Shown here piece after piece: positions 51,794-61,966 of a DNA stretch of 64,000 nucleotides. Position numbers and translations under genes: made by a program. Every line of letters begins with the position of its first letter. Positions within the stretch are counted from its first letter, which is position 1. Source of the DNA: Candidatus Geothermarchaeota archaeon (GTDB taxonomy: Archaea > Thermoproteota > Nitrososphaeria > Geothermarchaeales > JDFR-13); contig WAJV01000107.1 in assembly GCA_015523725.1 (NCBI GenBank), positions 959 to 64,958 on the forward strand, in the 5' to 3' direction. Below the pieces are notes generated by a model that worked only from the letters and a program-made list of their open reading frames with translations, ran no database searches and was not told where the DNA came from.

Positions 51794-54307
51794 CTAAATA
51801 CCTTCAGGGTCCACTATCCCAGCCCTAGTTATAGCGAATACAGCCTCCCCAGGCGGGTGCTCAGGACTATCCACAATTAAAGCTATTCTTAGATTCTTCT
51901 TGGACTTCCTTAAGTAAATCCGATAAGTAACTGCATGCGCCACTACATGGCCACCAACTGGTTTAGTCGGATCGCCAAACATTATATCCGGCTGCTCCTG
52001 AACCTGATTAGTAATCACTATCGCTACATCATACACCTCAGCTATTCTAAGAAGCTCATGCATAAATCTATTAAGTAATTGTTGTCTCTCCGAGAGTTTT
52101 CCCCTACCTATATATTCAGCCCTAAAAGGTGCAATTGCCGAGTCAATCGCGATAAAACCGACATTATTCTCCTTAATCTTTTTAGGTAAAGAATGACTCA
52201 ATAATAATAGATGAGTTGTATTAAAGGCTCTCGCCACAATTATCCGATGTAATGCATCCCGGGGATCCAATCCCCTAGCATTAGCTATATCCACTATCCT
52301 AGATGGACTAAAAGTCTTCTCAGTATCGATATATATGGCATTCATATTCAGACCTCCCTGATCCTCAGGCAGCTGCACATTAACAGCAAGAGTATGACAC
52401 AATTGCGTATTATGAAGTATACAGGGATTTACACCACCAATAAATGTATGATAACCTGGAACCACCACATCATACACGTAATCGTTATACTCTATTAATT
52501 TAGATTTAGTGACTATATCCCACCTCAAATCCTTTATAAATTCTATTGTAGAGACAGCATTTCTCAGAATCTGGATCCGTCGATCCAATTCCCCTAATAA
52601 GACCTCTCTAATCTTCTTCACTTTATTCCTGTCCCTAGGTAGCCCCCTATATACATAATTCCATATTGTAGTCTTTGAAACTCCTAGTTGATTTGCAAGA
52701 ATCCCCCTAACTGAGAATGGAATCTCCCTATAAATCCTCTTGAAATTAACCAGATCATTATCCTCATTAATCACATTTTTAAGCTCTATGAATTTCTCAA
52801 TGTATTTACTGAAGACATTAAGTACCCTATCTACAACATATGTCGAAATATATTTCTGCTTGGATTTAGCCAATCTAATTAGTAAATGATATGCAGCATC
52901 AGCTCCCCAACTATTCCCACCAACATCTTTCCGCAATCTCCCCCGATTACCGCCGATAGTTGATTTGTATACGTTCCTCAAGTAGGTAGAGATAATAGCA
53001 GGCAACTCATCATAATCTTTACTTCTTTTAATAGAATTAACTTCTCGAGATTTAAATGGCAGACTATCTATTTTATACCTATCGTTTCCACTGATAAATA
53101 TTTTATAATAGGTTTTCCCATTAATCTTCTTCTCCCTAAGAACTCCTCTCACTCCTATTCTCAATAATAGATACAGTATATTTGTAGCCAGTCTTTTACT
53201 GGCAGTAGAGAGTTCTATTGCCCCATATTCTCTATAATATCCGCCTCCTTCAATATACCCAGCCAAAAAAGCTTCCACAATCCTTCTAGGTCCATTTAAA
53301 ATAATCTCTGGAATCCATTTATCCCTTGATTTTACTTTAGAGACTTTCACAATCCATTCTCCAACAGGCTTTCTTAAAAGTATTCTAGGCGGATGCCTAC
53401 TACTTTTGTCTCTATATATTTTAGGCTTAAAACCGAACTTCCTATACACGTATTCAGTTATCCATCCTAGCAAACTCTCATCCTTCAGTGAAATCGATAA
53501 GGGATTATACCCTCCTTCAGCGATATATAGACCCATAAAATATGCATCATCTGAATCCAATCCATTGGATTTACCGGCCTCAAAGTCAATCTCTTTGGGA
53601 CACGCTATATAATCCCCCTCCCTTACTTCACTAGCCCTAACCCAGGAAACACCATCCTCCCTAAGAATTAATAATGGATGGCTCTTCGTAATCCTGAGGA
53701 TACCTCCAAACTCAGTATGTATCTCCATCAGCTTCGATACTTTTTCTCTATAAATATAAGGTGCAGCTACGACTTTAAAACCTTCAGGCCCTAAAGCAAG
53801 CACCTTCATTTCTGGAGCGGTGACTAAATAGCCGTCTCCATACTTAGTCTCACCATATAGATCCCTATAGTTTTCATAAAGTTTCTCCATTGTATCAATG
53901 TGTGGAGTGTCTGGATTAATATATAATATTGGAGTGTCCTTAGAGAAACATTTTCCTGAACCGAATTCACCATAGAACTCCGTCACCGCTCCAGTTGCAA
54001 TGCCGCCTTTAAGAAGCTCATCTAAATTTTTTGACCCTGTAGTTATATATCTCCTCATACTAATCTTCTCCATTAAATAGTCCGCAGTCACAAAATCATC
54101 CTCAACCAAGCCACGTTCCTTTAATAAGTTATATGCATTTAGAATAATCTTCTCAGCTCTCTCCACCCCAGTATTCAGCATCTCAGCCAGTTGTATAGGC
54201 GAATATAATAATAATCCCTTCGCATCAGTTATACCCAGCTCCCTTAACTTCCTAGCAGTAACATCACCGATACCGGGAACCTCTTTTAAACTAACCTCTT
54301 CACTCAC
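51794..54307 (-). CDS. radA: DNA repair/recombination protein RadA (intein-containing precursor)
   Basis: HhH N-terminus, TEFYGEFGSGK|intein|TQLCHTL, YIDTE.TF, ITNQV, GGHVVAH; probable GTG start at 54307. Confidence 0.95.
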   Translation of the reverse strand: MSEEVSLKEVPGIGDVTARKLRELGITDAKGLLLYSPIQLAEMLNTGVERAEKIILNAYNLLKERGLVEDDFVTADYLMEKISMRRYITTGSKNLDELLKGGIATGAVTEFYGEFGSGKCFSKDTPILYINPDTPHIDTMEKLYENYRDLYGETKYGDGYLVTAPEMKVLALGPEGFKVVAAPYIYREKVSKLMEIHTEFGGILRITKSHPLLILREDGVSWVRASEVREGDYIACPKEIDFEAGKSNGLDSDDAYFMGLYIAEGGYNPLSISLKDESLLGWITEYVYRKFGFKPKIYRDKSSRHPPRILLRKPVGEWIVKVSKVKSRDKWIPEIILNGPRRIVEAFLAGYIEGGGYYREYGAIELSTASKRLATNILYLLLRIGVRGVLREKKINGKTYYKIFISGNDRYKIDSLPFKSREVNSIKRSKDYDELPAIISTYLRNVYKSTIGGNRGRLRKDVGGNSWGADAAYHLLIRLAKSKQKYISTYVVDRVLNVFSKYIEKFIELKNVINEDNDLVNFKRIYREIPFSVRGILANQLGVSKTTIWNYVYRGLPRDRNKVKKIREVLLGELDRRIQILRNAVSTIEFIKDLRWDIVTKSKLIEYNDYVYDVVVPGYHTFIGGVNPCILHNTQLCHTLAVNVQLPEDQGGLNMNAIYIDTEKTFSPSRIVDIANARGLDPRDALHRIIVARAFNTTHLLLLSHSLPKKIKENNVGFIAIDSAIAPFRAEYIGRGKLSERQQLLNRFMHELLRIAEVYDVAIVITNQVQEQPDIMFGDPTKPVGGHVVAHAVTYRIYLRKSKKNLRIALIVDSPEHPPGEAVFAITRAGIVDPEGI
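52409..53950 (-). mobile_element. 514-aa intein with LAGLIDADG domain inserted in the RadA P-loop
   Basis: Starts CFSKDT after GSGK; block B T..HP; VYDV...HTF; ends ILHN before Thr. Confidence 0.95.
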
Positions 54308-54359
54308 AACAATCTCCCCACTATACAGATTATACCTCAATATATAAATTTAATATTCT

Positions 54360-55667
54360 TTAAGGATATAACCTAGTCGGCGTCCTAGGGAATAAAGTAG
54401 CATCCCTTACATGGGGAAGATCCAATAACCACCTCAATACACGCTCGACACCCATTCCGAATCCGGAGTGAGGCGGCATCCCATAACGCCTAATATCAAT
54501 ATACCAACCATAATCCTCTGGATTCAAACCCATCCTCTTAATCTTCTCAATCAAATACTTATAATCATGAATTCGTTGGCCACCAGAAGTTATTTCTCCA
54601 TAACCCATTGGAGCCATTAAGTCGGATGATAAAGTTACCTCGGGTCTCCTCGGATCATCCATATGATAAAAACTCCTCGTACTCACAGGAAATCCATAAA
54701 CAAAAAATGGCTTATCAAACTCCATACTCAGGACACGCTCCTCATCAGCCCCGAAATCCTCACCCCACTCGATCTCAACTCCCTTCCTCTGAAGTAGCTC
54801 AATAGCTTCATCGTAACTAATTCTCTCAAATCTTGAATCCACATCAGGCAAACCCTTCCCTCTCACATATTTAATTTCATCTGGAACAATCTCCTCCATC
54901 CTATTAACGATATATTTAAGAAGTTCCTCCTCAATATCCATAATATCTTCATGGTCAGCGAAAGCAACCTCAGCCTCAATATGAAGAAACTCGGTTAGGT
55001 GTTTTCTAGTCCTCGACTTCTCAGCCCTAAAGCTGGGTTGTATGACAAATACCTTCTCGAAGACACATATAGCAGCCTCCTCATAGAATTGGCTGCTCTG
55101 TGTTAAATAAGCCTTCTTATCAAAATATTTTAACTCGAAGAGAGTTGCTCCTCCTTCTACAGCAGAGGTTATAAACGTAGGCGCAGTAATCAATACATAC
55201 CCATTTTTAATAAAATATTCCCAAGCAGATTGAACCAAGGCACTCCTAGCTAATAAAATAGCTCTTGATTTTGGGCCCCTAATAGTTAAGTGACGTAGAT
55301 CAAACATTGAATCAGGAGATTTGGCTACCGATGGCGTTATCGGCCATACCTCAGCCTTAGCAACCACATCAATATTCTTTATATGAACCTCAACTCCACC
55401 GGGAGCCCTAGGATCCCTCTTAACCCATCCTACAACAGCGACTGCACTCTCAACCGGAATATCAGCCACTTCACTGAACCTCTTCCCCAACTTATCTGCA
55501 TCACCAACCAGCTGCACATATCCATATCTATCCCTAAGCATGAAGAAAACCTTATTTGAATGCACCCTCTTAGTGAATATCCATCCAATTAACTTAACCT
55601 CCTCTCCCTCCCTAGCACTAGACAATTTCCTAGAGTCCGAATTCCTCCATTTAATTAGTCCAGCCAT
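54360..55667 (-). CDS. asnS: asparaginyl-tRNA synthetase (class IIb)
   Basis: OB-fold N-terminus, RHL.IR, FRAEKSRTRKHLTEF, PHSGFGMGVER; motifs favour AsnRS over AspRS. Confidence 0.82.
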   Translation of the reverse strand: MAGLIKWRNSDSRKLSSAREGEEVKLIGWIFTKRVHSNKVFFMLRDRYGYVQLVGDADKLGKRFSEVADIPVESAVAVVGWVKRDPRAPGGVEVHIKNIDVVAKAEVWPITPSVAKSPDSMFDLRHLTIRGPKSRAILLARSALVQSAWEYFIKNGYVLITAPTFITSAVEGGATLFELKYFDKKAYLTQSSQFYEEAAICVFEKVFVIQPSFRAEKSRTRKHLTEFLHIEAEVAFADHEDIMDIEEELLKYIVNRMEEIVPDEIKYVRGKGLPDVDSRFERISYDEAIELLQRKGVEIEWGEDFGADEERVLSMEFDKPFFVYGFPVSTRSFYHMDDPRRPEVTLSSDLMAPMGYGEITSGGQRIHDYKYLIEKIKRMGLNPEDYGWYIDIRRYGMPPHSGFGMGVERVLRWLLDLPHVRDATLFPRTPTRLYP

Positions 55668-55670
55668 CTA

Positions 55671-56819
55671 TTAATCCACCATCCCCTCAACCATATCTAC
55701 AATATTATCCAGACCATTATATCTAATTAACTGCCTCCTTATATTAACTAGGTTACCCAAATAAACAGAATAGTTACCAAAGATCTTCCTAAGTGTATTT
55801 AACAATATTTTTGGAGAACGCCTCAATTCATTAAAATCAATATATTCTCCAATCCCCAGATCCATCACACGCTTCGCATTCTCAATCTGCTCAGTCTGAT
55901 TAACAGCCGGTATCACAATCATCGGGGTCAATGAATATATAGACTCAAAGATGCTTGTTTGACCTCCCCTCAAAACAACCACATTCACACTACCTAAAAA
56001 CCCGTACTTATCCTCAATCCATCCATTCACCAGCAACCCTCTACCCTTAATAAATAAATCCTTTTTACTTGGGTCACCCAGAGACACCCTAACCCTATAT
56101 CTTCCCCGAAGCACATTAAGTAACTTGAGGACTTCCATACTAAAAATCTTTTTATCTAAATAAGGCGCACTTATGTAAAAACCCAGATCCCACTCCCTAC
56201 CACCTGGCTTAACCTCAATACTAGGCTGCTCAATAATAGGACCAGTGAATACGATCTTTGATAATAGGTCTCCGCCATACATCGAGATAACATCTATAAT
56301 ATTTCTATATGTAATAGTATAGGGTGGAGGTAAGTCAAGCAAGGCAACCAAGTCACTCATTAACCATATCTTTGGGAAAACCTTATATAAAATAAGGTTA
56401 TTCAACAATTCACTATTCGAGGAAACTGATAATTGATTCGTTAATACTAACCTAGGAATATCTCTAAACACACGTGTAGAAAATTGTGACAAGGGTTTAG
56501 AATCTATTATAATTAAATCCGGGTTTATCAAATCAATGATCTTCCTCTCAACATAGATAGCTGTCCTATAATAACCAAACTTGGAAATATAATGAAGTGA
56601 TGAATATAATGGAGAGAAACCTGAGTCACTCCATTTAATTATCATACCCGGTGCCTTAACAACCCTCTTAAAACCCACTCCCCAATAATATTCCAAGGCG
56701 TCTCCAGAGGCCGCTACATAAACTTCATGGCCTCGCTCAACCAATCTACCAATTATTTTATGGGTCCTACTAGCATGGCCGAAGCCCAAACCACAAACTA
56801 CAAACAATATTCTCATCAA
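55671..56819 (-). CDS. GT-B glycosyltransferase (MurG/GT28-like)
   Basis: GLGFGHASR, RGGQTSIFE, P..NQTEQ..NA. Confidence 0.85.
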   Translation of the reverse strand: MMRILFVVCGLGFGHASRTHKIIGRLVERGHEVYVAASGDALEYYWGVGFKRVVKAPGMIIKWSDSGFSPLYSSLHYISKFGYYRTAIYVERKIIDLINPDLIIIDSKPLSQFSTRVFRDIPRLVLTNQLSVSSNSELLNNLILYKVFPKIWLMSDLVALLDLPPPYTITYRNIIDVISMYGGDLLSKIVFTGPIIEQPSIEVKPGGREWDLGFYISAPYLDKKIFSMEVLKLLNVLRGRYRVRVSLGDPSKKDLFIKGRGLLVNGWIEDKYGFLGSVNVVVLRGGQTSIFESIYSLTPMIVIPAVNQTEQIENAKRVMDLGIGEYIDFNELRRSPKILLNTLRKIFGNYSVYLGNLVNIRRQLIRYNGLDNIVDMVEGMVD

Positions 56820-56828
56820 TAATCCCTA

Positions 56829-57461
56829 CTAACATTTCGGAAACTTCTCCTCAACCACTTCCCCACCCGGAGACTTCTCAATAAAAACCTGAGCCTCAAA
56901 CCTATATATCTCAACACCCTTATAGAGATAAGCATCTGGAGGCAAACCAGCCTTCATAGATAAATGAATTAAATACTCCTCCGCACTCCACCCATATTCA
57001 ACTGGCACCTGAGGCAATAATAAACCACTATAAGGACCATATCTCAATACCAAACCATCTCTACCTACAACTATCTTCTTAGGAAGCTCGAGGGGAGACT
57101 TATACTCCACCTTCTCCAACGGAGTTAATACGGAGACCTCAAAAACACAGTCATTGAACTCACTCAGTTTTAATGGAGTGAATCTAGGGTCATTAAACGC
57201 CGACTCAATCGCTGTCTCCATAACAGCCTTATAAAGCGGCTTAATCGGCATTGGATATCCTATACATCCCCTCAACTCCCTCTCCCCACCCACCAATTTA
57301 TATATAGTAGTAAAGACACCCCTCTCCATCTTCAACCTATCCGTCAATTTAGATTCATCAACCCTAGGCAATTCCAGGCCAGCCAATTTACTATATACAG
57401 TCTCCCTAGCCAACTTAACTAAATATGCGCCTTCATCAAGCGATAATTTTACATCATCCAT
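56829..57461 (-). CDS. AMMECR1-domain protein
   Basis: GVFTT, LRGCIG, DPRF, EVSVLT, GLLLPQV..E.GW. Confidence 0.93.
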   Translation of the reverse strand: MDDVKLSLDEGAYLVKLARETVYSKLAGLELPRVDESKLTDRLKMERGVFTTIYKLVGGERELRGCIGYPMPIKPLYKAVMETAIESAFNDPRFTPLKLSEFNDCVFEVSVLTPLEKVEYKSPLELPKKIVVGRDGLVLRYGPYSGLLLPQVPVEYGWSAEEYLIHLSMKAGLPPDAYLYKGVEIYRFEAQVFIEKSPGGEVVEEKFPKC

Positions 57462-57600
57462 GTAACAACCACCCAACACCGAGATATACACATCAATTAA
57501 ATTATTTGTGGATAAATATAGAATATTAATGTCAGTAAAGACTTATTCTATTAATATTCCAAGTACCTAATAAAAGGTAGACATATGGCTGGTGTTTTAA

Positions 57601-58740
57601 ATGGGCAGGGTATTTAAAGAAGGCGGTGAACATATTTTCAGCACGGGATACGTTCCGGATGAACTCCCCCACAGAGAAGAACAGATTAAACAATTAGTAG
57701 ATATAATAAGAGACGGCTTGGAAGTCGATGCATACCATGTACCCATCCTATATGGAGAGACAGGTACAGGTAAAACAACGACTATAATCCATGTACTCAA
57801 TATAATTGATAGAAGATATAAAGGAAGAGTACAGGTAAAACGTGTAAATGCAACGATAAAGAATAGAAGTTACCTCGCTATAACCGATTTAGCGGAAAAG
57901 TTTATCCCTGTACCACCTAGAGGACTAAGTATAGAGGAGATACTAAGCAGACTATATGATAAACTAGACATCCAAGACATGCAATATGTCTTTGCAATAG
58001 ATGATGCAGATGAACTAATTAGAAGGGAGAAGGGAAAGATACTGGAATTGTTGACGAGGATAGAAGAGAACTATGATAGACGACTATTATTCCCAATAAT
58101 AGTGGTTAGGAATCTAAAGTATATTGATGCACTCCCAAGCCATATAACCTCAAAATTAGGAGGCCTTAGAATAGCATTTCCACCATACAAAAAAAGAGAA
58201 TTAAAGGATATTCTTAAAGAAAGAATTGAGAAAGGTATTAGGGATGGGGGAATCACCCAAAACGCCATAGAATGCGCCACCTATAATGTAGAGAAATTGC
58301 TTGGTGGAAACGCCAGAGAACTACTAAATATAATATTAATGGCCGGGAAGCTGGTTGAAAGGAGGGGAGGGGATAAAATAGAGTCGGAGCATATTAGACA
58401 GGCATTATATGAGTCATACTCATCTCGACTCTCATCAGGATTAACCATAAAGAAACCCAGAGATAAGAAATATAGGGTGTTATGGGCAATCTATAAAGTA
58501 CTTCATGAAGAGCAAGACAAATATTATATAGATGATGAGATAATACAAGAAGCATTTGAAATATATAAAACAACCTTCCAAATCGAAGACCTAAACAAAG
58601 AAGATATTCCCGACATCCTTCTCGACATGGCTATATATGAAAAACAGAATCTAATTGCCTTAGATGAGGGTAGACTAGCAGCAGCCCATTATCCAGTAAG
58701 CCTAGTATTTCAGATATTAACTAACAACCTATTCTTCTAG
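57601..58740 (+). CDS. cdc6: Cdc6/Orc1-family AAA+ ATPase (divergent)
   Basis: YVPDELPHREEQI, GETGTGKT, P.RGLS, FPPY...EL..IL..R, GNAR. Confidence 0.8.
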   Translation: MGRVFKEGGEHIFSTGYVPDELPHREEQIKQLVDIIRDGLEVDAYHVPILYGETGTGKTTTIIHVLNIIDRRYKGRVQVKRVNATIKNRSYLAITDLAEKFIPVPPRGLSIEEILSRLYDKLDIQDMQYVFAIDDADELIRREKGKILELLTRIEENYDRRLLFPIIVVRNLKYIDALPSHITSKLGGLRIAFPPYKKRELKDILKERIEKGIRDGGITQNAIECATYNVEKLLGGNARELLNIILMAGKLVERRGGDKIESEHIRQALYESYSSRLSSGLTIKKPRDKKYRVLWAIYKVLHEEQDKYYIDDEIIQEAFEIYKTTFQIEDLNKEDIPDILLDMAIYEKQNLIALDEGRLAAAHYPVSLVFQILTNNLFF

Positions 58741-58827
58741 ATTAATTACTAATTAATACTTTCACTTACCTCTCTCCACAGAGATACAAACCCAGTCAAA
58801 TATATCAAAAAACATTAAATAAGTGGT

Positions 58828-59118
58828 ATGAAGAAGTTAGTTCTCTATACACCCGAGAATATTGAGGGAGAGAAACTATTTAGATTAGTTAAGGCCTTGA
58901 AGCAGGAGGCTGAACTACTCAGACTAAGCTTCACAGGACCCATATTCCGAGAAGACGATAAATTAGTAGTCTACTATGAAGACGATGAGATAAGGACATT
59001 CATCTATGTAGATGATCTAAATAATGAATTGGATACGGAGAAAATAAGAGCCACAATAAAGGTCTTAGCCTTAATAGCGATGGATAAAGAAGAGGAAATA
59101 TATGTCGAAAACATATAA
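58828..59118 (+). CDS. small acidic hypothetical protein
   Basis: 96-aa ORF with + strand codon bias. Confidence 0.6.
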   Translation: MKKLVLYTPENIEGEKLFRLVKALKQEAELLRLSFTGPIFREDDKLVVYYEDDEIRTFIYVDDLNNELDTEKIRATIKVLALIAMDKEEEIYVENI

Positions 59119-59126
59119 ATAAAAGA

Positions 59127-59405
59127 CTAGTGGCACCCCATCCCATAAGAATCATAGTCATAATTATCCATCATACCATCATAGCCATGCATCATATGCA
59201 TATGGTGCATCATATCCTCGCACTCCTCGTGAGACTCTGGATAGCCATGGTCATCATCAGTGGAATGCCCTTCATCACCAGCCATCATACCGCCACCCCA
59301 GTGAGCACCATGCATTACTGAACTATATACATATCCAGAGACCAAGGGCGCCACCGCCAACACAAACAATAAACCAACCAGAACAACCAATAAACCATCC
59401 TTCAT
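59127..59405 (-). CDS. small secreted/membrane-anchored His/Met-rich protein
   Basis: GGTGA SD before ATG at 59405, hydrophobic leader, HHMHMMH tract, C-terminal GCH. Confidence 0.7.
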   Translation of the reverse strand: MKDGLLVVLVGLLFVLAVAPLVSGYVYSSVMHGAHWGGGMMAGDEGHSTDDDHGYPESHEECEDMMHHMHMMHGYDGMMDNYDYDSYGMGCH

Positions 59406-59531
59406 AACAATCACCAATCCCATCATAAACAGAAACAATACTTAAACATACCTGAAACAAGCCGAAACAACCCCGAACAAAAAACAAAAACTTAAAAACA
59501 AAAACCAAAAAAATATACAATACAGAAACTA

Positions 59532-59624
59532 GGGCCCGTCGTCTAGCTTGGCTAGGATGCCAGCCTGGGGACCCATATTGGGCTAGTGCGCTGGTGATCG
59601 TGGGTTCAAATCCCACCGGGCCCA
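59532..59624 (+). tRNA. tRNA-Pro(GGG) with an 18-nt intron at 37/38 (59571-59588)
   Basis: Acceptor stem GGGCCCG/CGGGCCC, anticodon stem CCAGC/GCTGG, GTTCAAAT T-loop, bulge-helix-bulge motif. Confidence 0.95.
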
Positions 59625-59683
59625 CCTAGGACCCTTATTTATTTTTAGTGTATAAGTTTCGACTGATGTTTTAGGAGTGGATA

Positions 59684-60170
59684 TTAATAAATAAAGATGA
59701 GGATGGAGCTGGTTTTTCTATATGATAGGCCTAGTTGCATTTCTAGTATGCTGAAACTAGCTTCACCGAGAGATCTCTGGACAAACTGCTCTATAAAAAT
59801 AACTATTTGATAGTTATGATGATTTGTCATGAGTTTCTCACCGTCTCTCTTGATAGATACGCTTCCAGCCTTAGTAACTAGGTATGGTCCTGTAGCTGTT
59901 ATATCAAGATATTTCTCTAGTAGGTACTTTACATAGTATAGTAGTTTTATACTGTTGTTTGAAAGAAATATTCGCATAAACCTATAATTAGATCCGTCTT
60001 ATCGTATAGTCTTCTTAGGAGCTTGCTACGGTTTCATGGTTATACCTGATGTATGGTGTCAATGTTTCCAATGTCTGCCATTTATACTATGTGCAGAACC
60101 CCTTCGAGCTATAGTATATTCTCCACATATTTTAGCTAATACTCCATATTGGCGTCTTATATTTCTGTCA
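59684..60170 (-). pseudogene. frameshifted LAGLIDADG endonuclease remnant (upstream limit approximate)
   Basis: Across frameshifts reads HETVAS(x)LRRLYD(x)DGSNYRFMRIFLSNNS, a decayed FLRGLYDSDG motif followed by I.LSN. Confidence 0.65.
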
Positions 60171-60212
60171 CTTAATTTACATTCCCAATAATTTTTATAT
60201 TATGGTGTTATT

Positions 60213-61145
60213 ATGCATATACCTGATGGTGTTCTAGATCCAGCTACATCATCATTTTTCTATTTAATAACTATCATATATGGCATATTAGTGATAAAGT
60301 ATATTAAAAGGAAAAGAGGCGTCTCGGATTATAACATATCAGTTATCTCCACCGTAACTGCATTAGTATTTATTGCTCAAATGATTAACTGGCCTATTCC
60401 AGGTGGTACGTCTCTACATTTGGTTGGTGGCGGATTAGTGGGTGTGTTATTAGGCCCCATTTATGGCTATCTTTCGATGTCTATTGTTCTAGCTGTTCAA
60501 TGTTTCCTTTTTGGCGACGGAGGAGTGTCGGCATTAGGGGCCAATATTTTTAATATGGCTATTATCGGTGTCTTAAGCGGGTATGTTGTATACCGCATTA
60601 CAAAACAATTTTTATCGAATTCTTCCAAAGCCGTTTTTATTGCCGGTTTTTTGGCAGGATGGTTGAGCCTTGCGCTAGCAGGATTTGCTTGTGGGGTAGA
60701 GATCGGAATATCCAGATATTTCGGATTTAACTTAGGGATTACTGTACCAATCATGACCGGATGGCACATTATATTAGGGCTCATTGAAGGTTTTTTAACA
60801 GCATTAATATTGGAATATTTCTCTAGAAAATTTGGTAACGAGTATCTACTAACTGGTGGAAACGCAAGTTATGATCTCAGTATAATAAATGCATCAATGG
60901 TCTTAGCTCTCTTTGTATCCCCATTGTTTTCCATTTTCCTAGCTAATATGATGGGTTACAAGGAGCCTATAGATCTAATACTTGATTTAATAGGTTTTAA
61001 GACAGGGGGAAGAGTTTTAACATCACCCTTTATGGGGTATTCATTCCCCTTTCTACCCAGTTTTTTAGGATATATTCTTTCAGGTTTTATTGGTGTAACA
61101 GTCATTTATGCGATATTTATAATGGTTAAGCTTGTATCCAAATGA
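60213..61145 (+). CDS. cbiM: Ni/Co ECF transporter S component CbiM/NikM fused to an N-type domain
   Basis: MHIPDG N-terminus, GGTSLH..G, DGG..ALGAN, H...GLIEG; extra two-TM C-terminal domain. Confidence 0.9.
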   Translation: MHIPDGVLDPATSSFFYLITIIYGILVIKYIKRKRGVSDYNISVISTVTALVFIAQMINWPIPGGTSLHLVGGGLVGVLLGPIYGYLSMSIVLAVQCFLFGDGGVSALGANIFNMAIIGVLSGYVVYRITKQFLSNSSKAVFIAGFLAGWLSLALAGFACGVEIGISRYFGFNLGITVPIMTGWHIILGLIEGFLTALILEYFSRKFGNEYLLTGGNASYDLSIINASMVLALFVSPLFSIFLANMMGYKEPIDLILDLIGFKTGGRVLTSPFMGYSFPFLPSFLGYILSGFIGVTVIYAIFIMVKLVSK

Positions 61146-61156
61146 GCTGACTATAT

Positions 61157-61966
61157 ATGAAAATAACCTACCAATCAATCATCGAGAGATTAATTATATT
61201 CTTAACTGACACTCTCTCCATATTTTATACTGAGTTTAGCAATATAAGTTCAGTTTCGCCACCTATTTTTTTGTTATTCACAGTTGTTTTTGCATTATTA
61301 TCATCTTATTCAAATAAATACATTCTATCATTAATATTATTGATTAATTATATAGTACTTTCAATAGCTTTTGGAACTAATTTCAAAAAACTTTATAATA
61401 TATTAACCATATCTGCAATCTTTCTATTTATATTCTTAAGCCCTTTTATCATCTACTATTTTTACATATTTGGTTTTGATGAAGCTATTTATTTTATATT
61501 GAATGAGAGTAATGGTCTTGCAATTATTTTTATTAGGTCTATCTTAAGTATTTGCTATTTATCCATGATACCTCTCGTCTTAGGGATAGATGGATTGATC
61601 CAATCGTTAAGGGGCCTTGGGCTGTCTAAAACACAAGTATTAGCTTTTTTTCTAACATACAGGAAATTATTAAGCTTAATTCAGGAAATAATTATCATCA
61701 TTATGGGCAGAGCATCTAGAAGACTAAATAAAAAAGAGAATATTATTAATCTATGGAGGAATTTAGCAGAAGGTGTGGCTGAATTTATTTATAGAGGGCT
61801 TTCTATAGGGTTTATGATAGGCCTGGGATTTAAAAGCAGAATTATTATGTCTGAATTCCCATATCGTAGAATTAACAGTTCAAAAATTCGTACATCAATT
61901 TATGTTGCATACTCTTTTCTTATAATAATGGTTAGTCTATATATCCTGGTGATTAGGATTGAATAA
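61157..61966 (+). CDS. cbiQ: ECF transporter T component CbiQ/NikQ
   Basis: Hydrophobic; RASR and KSR coupling motifs; lies between the S and A components. Confidence 0.78.
   Translation: MKITYQSIIERLIIFLTDTLSIFYTEFSNISSVSPPIFLLFTVVFALLSSYSNKYILSLILLINYIVLSIAFGTNFKKLYNILTISAIFLFIFLSPFIIYYFYIFGFDEAIYFILNESNGLAIIFIRSILSICYLSMIPLVLGIDGLIQSLRGLGLSKTQVLAFFLTYRKLLSLIQEIIIIIMGRASRRLNKKENIINLWRNLAEGVAEFIYRGLSIGFMIGLGFKSRIIMSEFPYRRINSSKIRTSIYVAYSFLIIMVSLYILVIRIE

Noticed and set aside
57491..58828. Replication origin next to cdc6
   Set aside because: Flanking gaps are short, there are no convincing repeated ORB elements and strand skew does not switch
59440..59520. A-tract run (AAAAAC-like units) upstream of the tRNA
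   Set aside because: Irregular low-complexity sequence explained by strand skew; not a CRISPR or tandem repeat
59323..59625. 100-aa ORF MGPVGFEPT...
   Set aside because: It is the antisense reading of the tRNA-Pro gene
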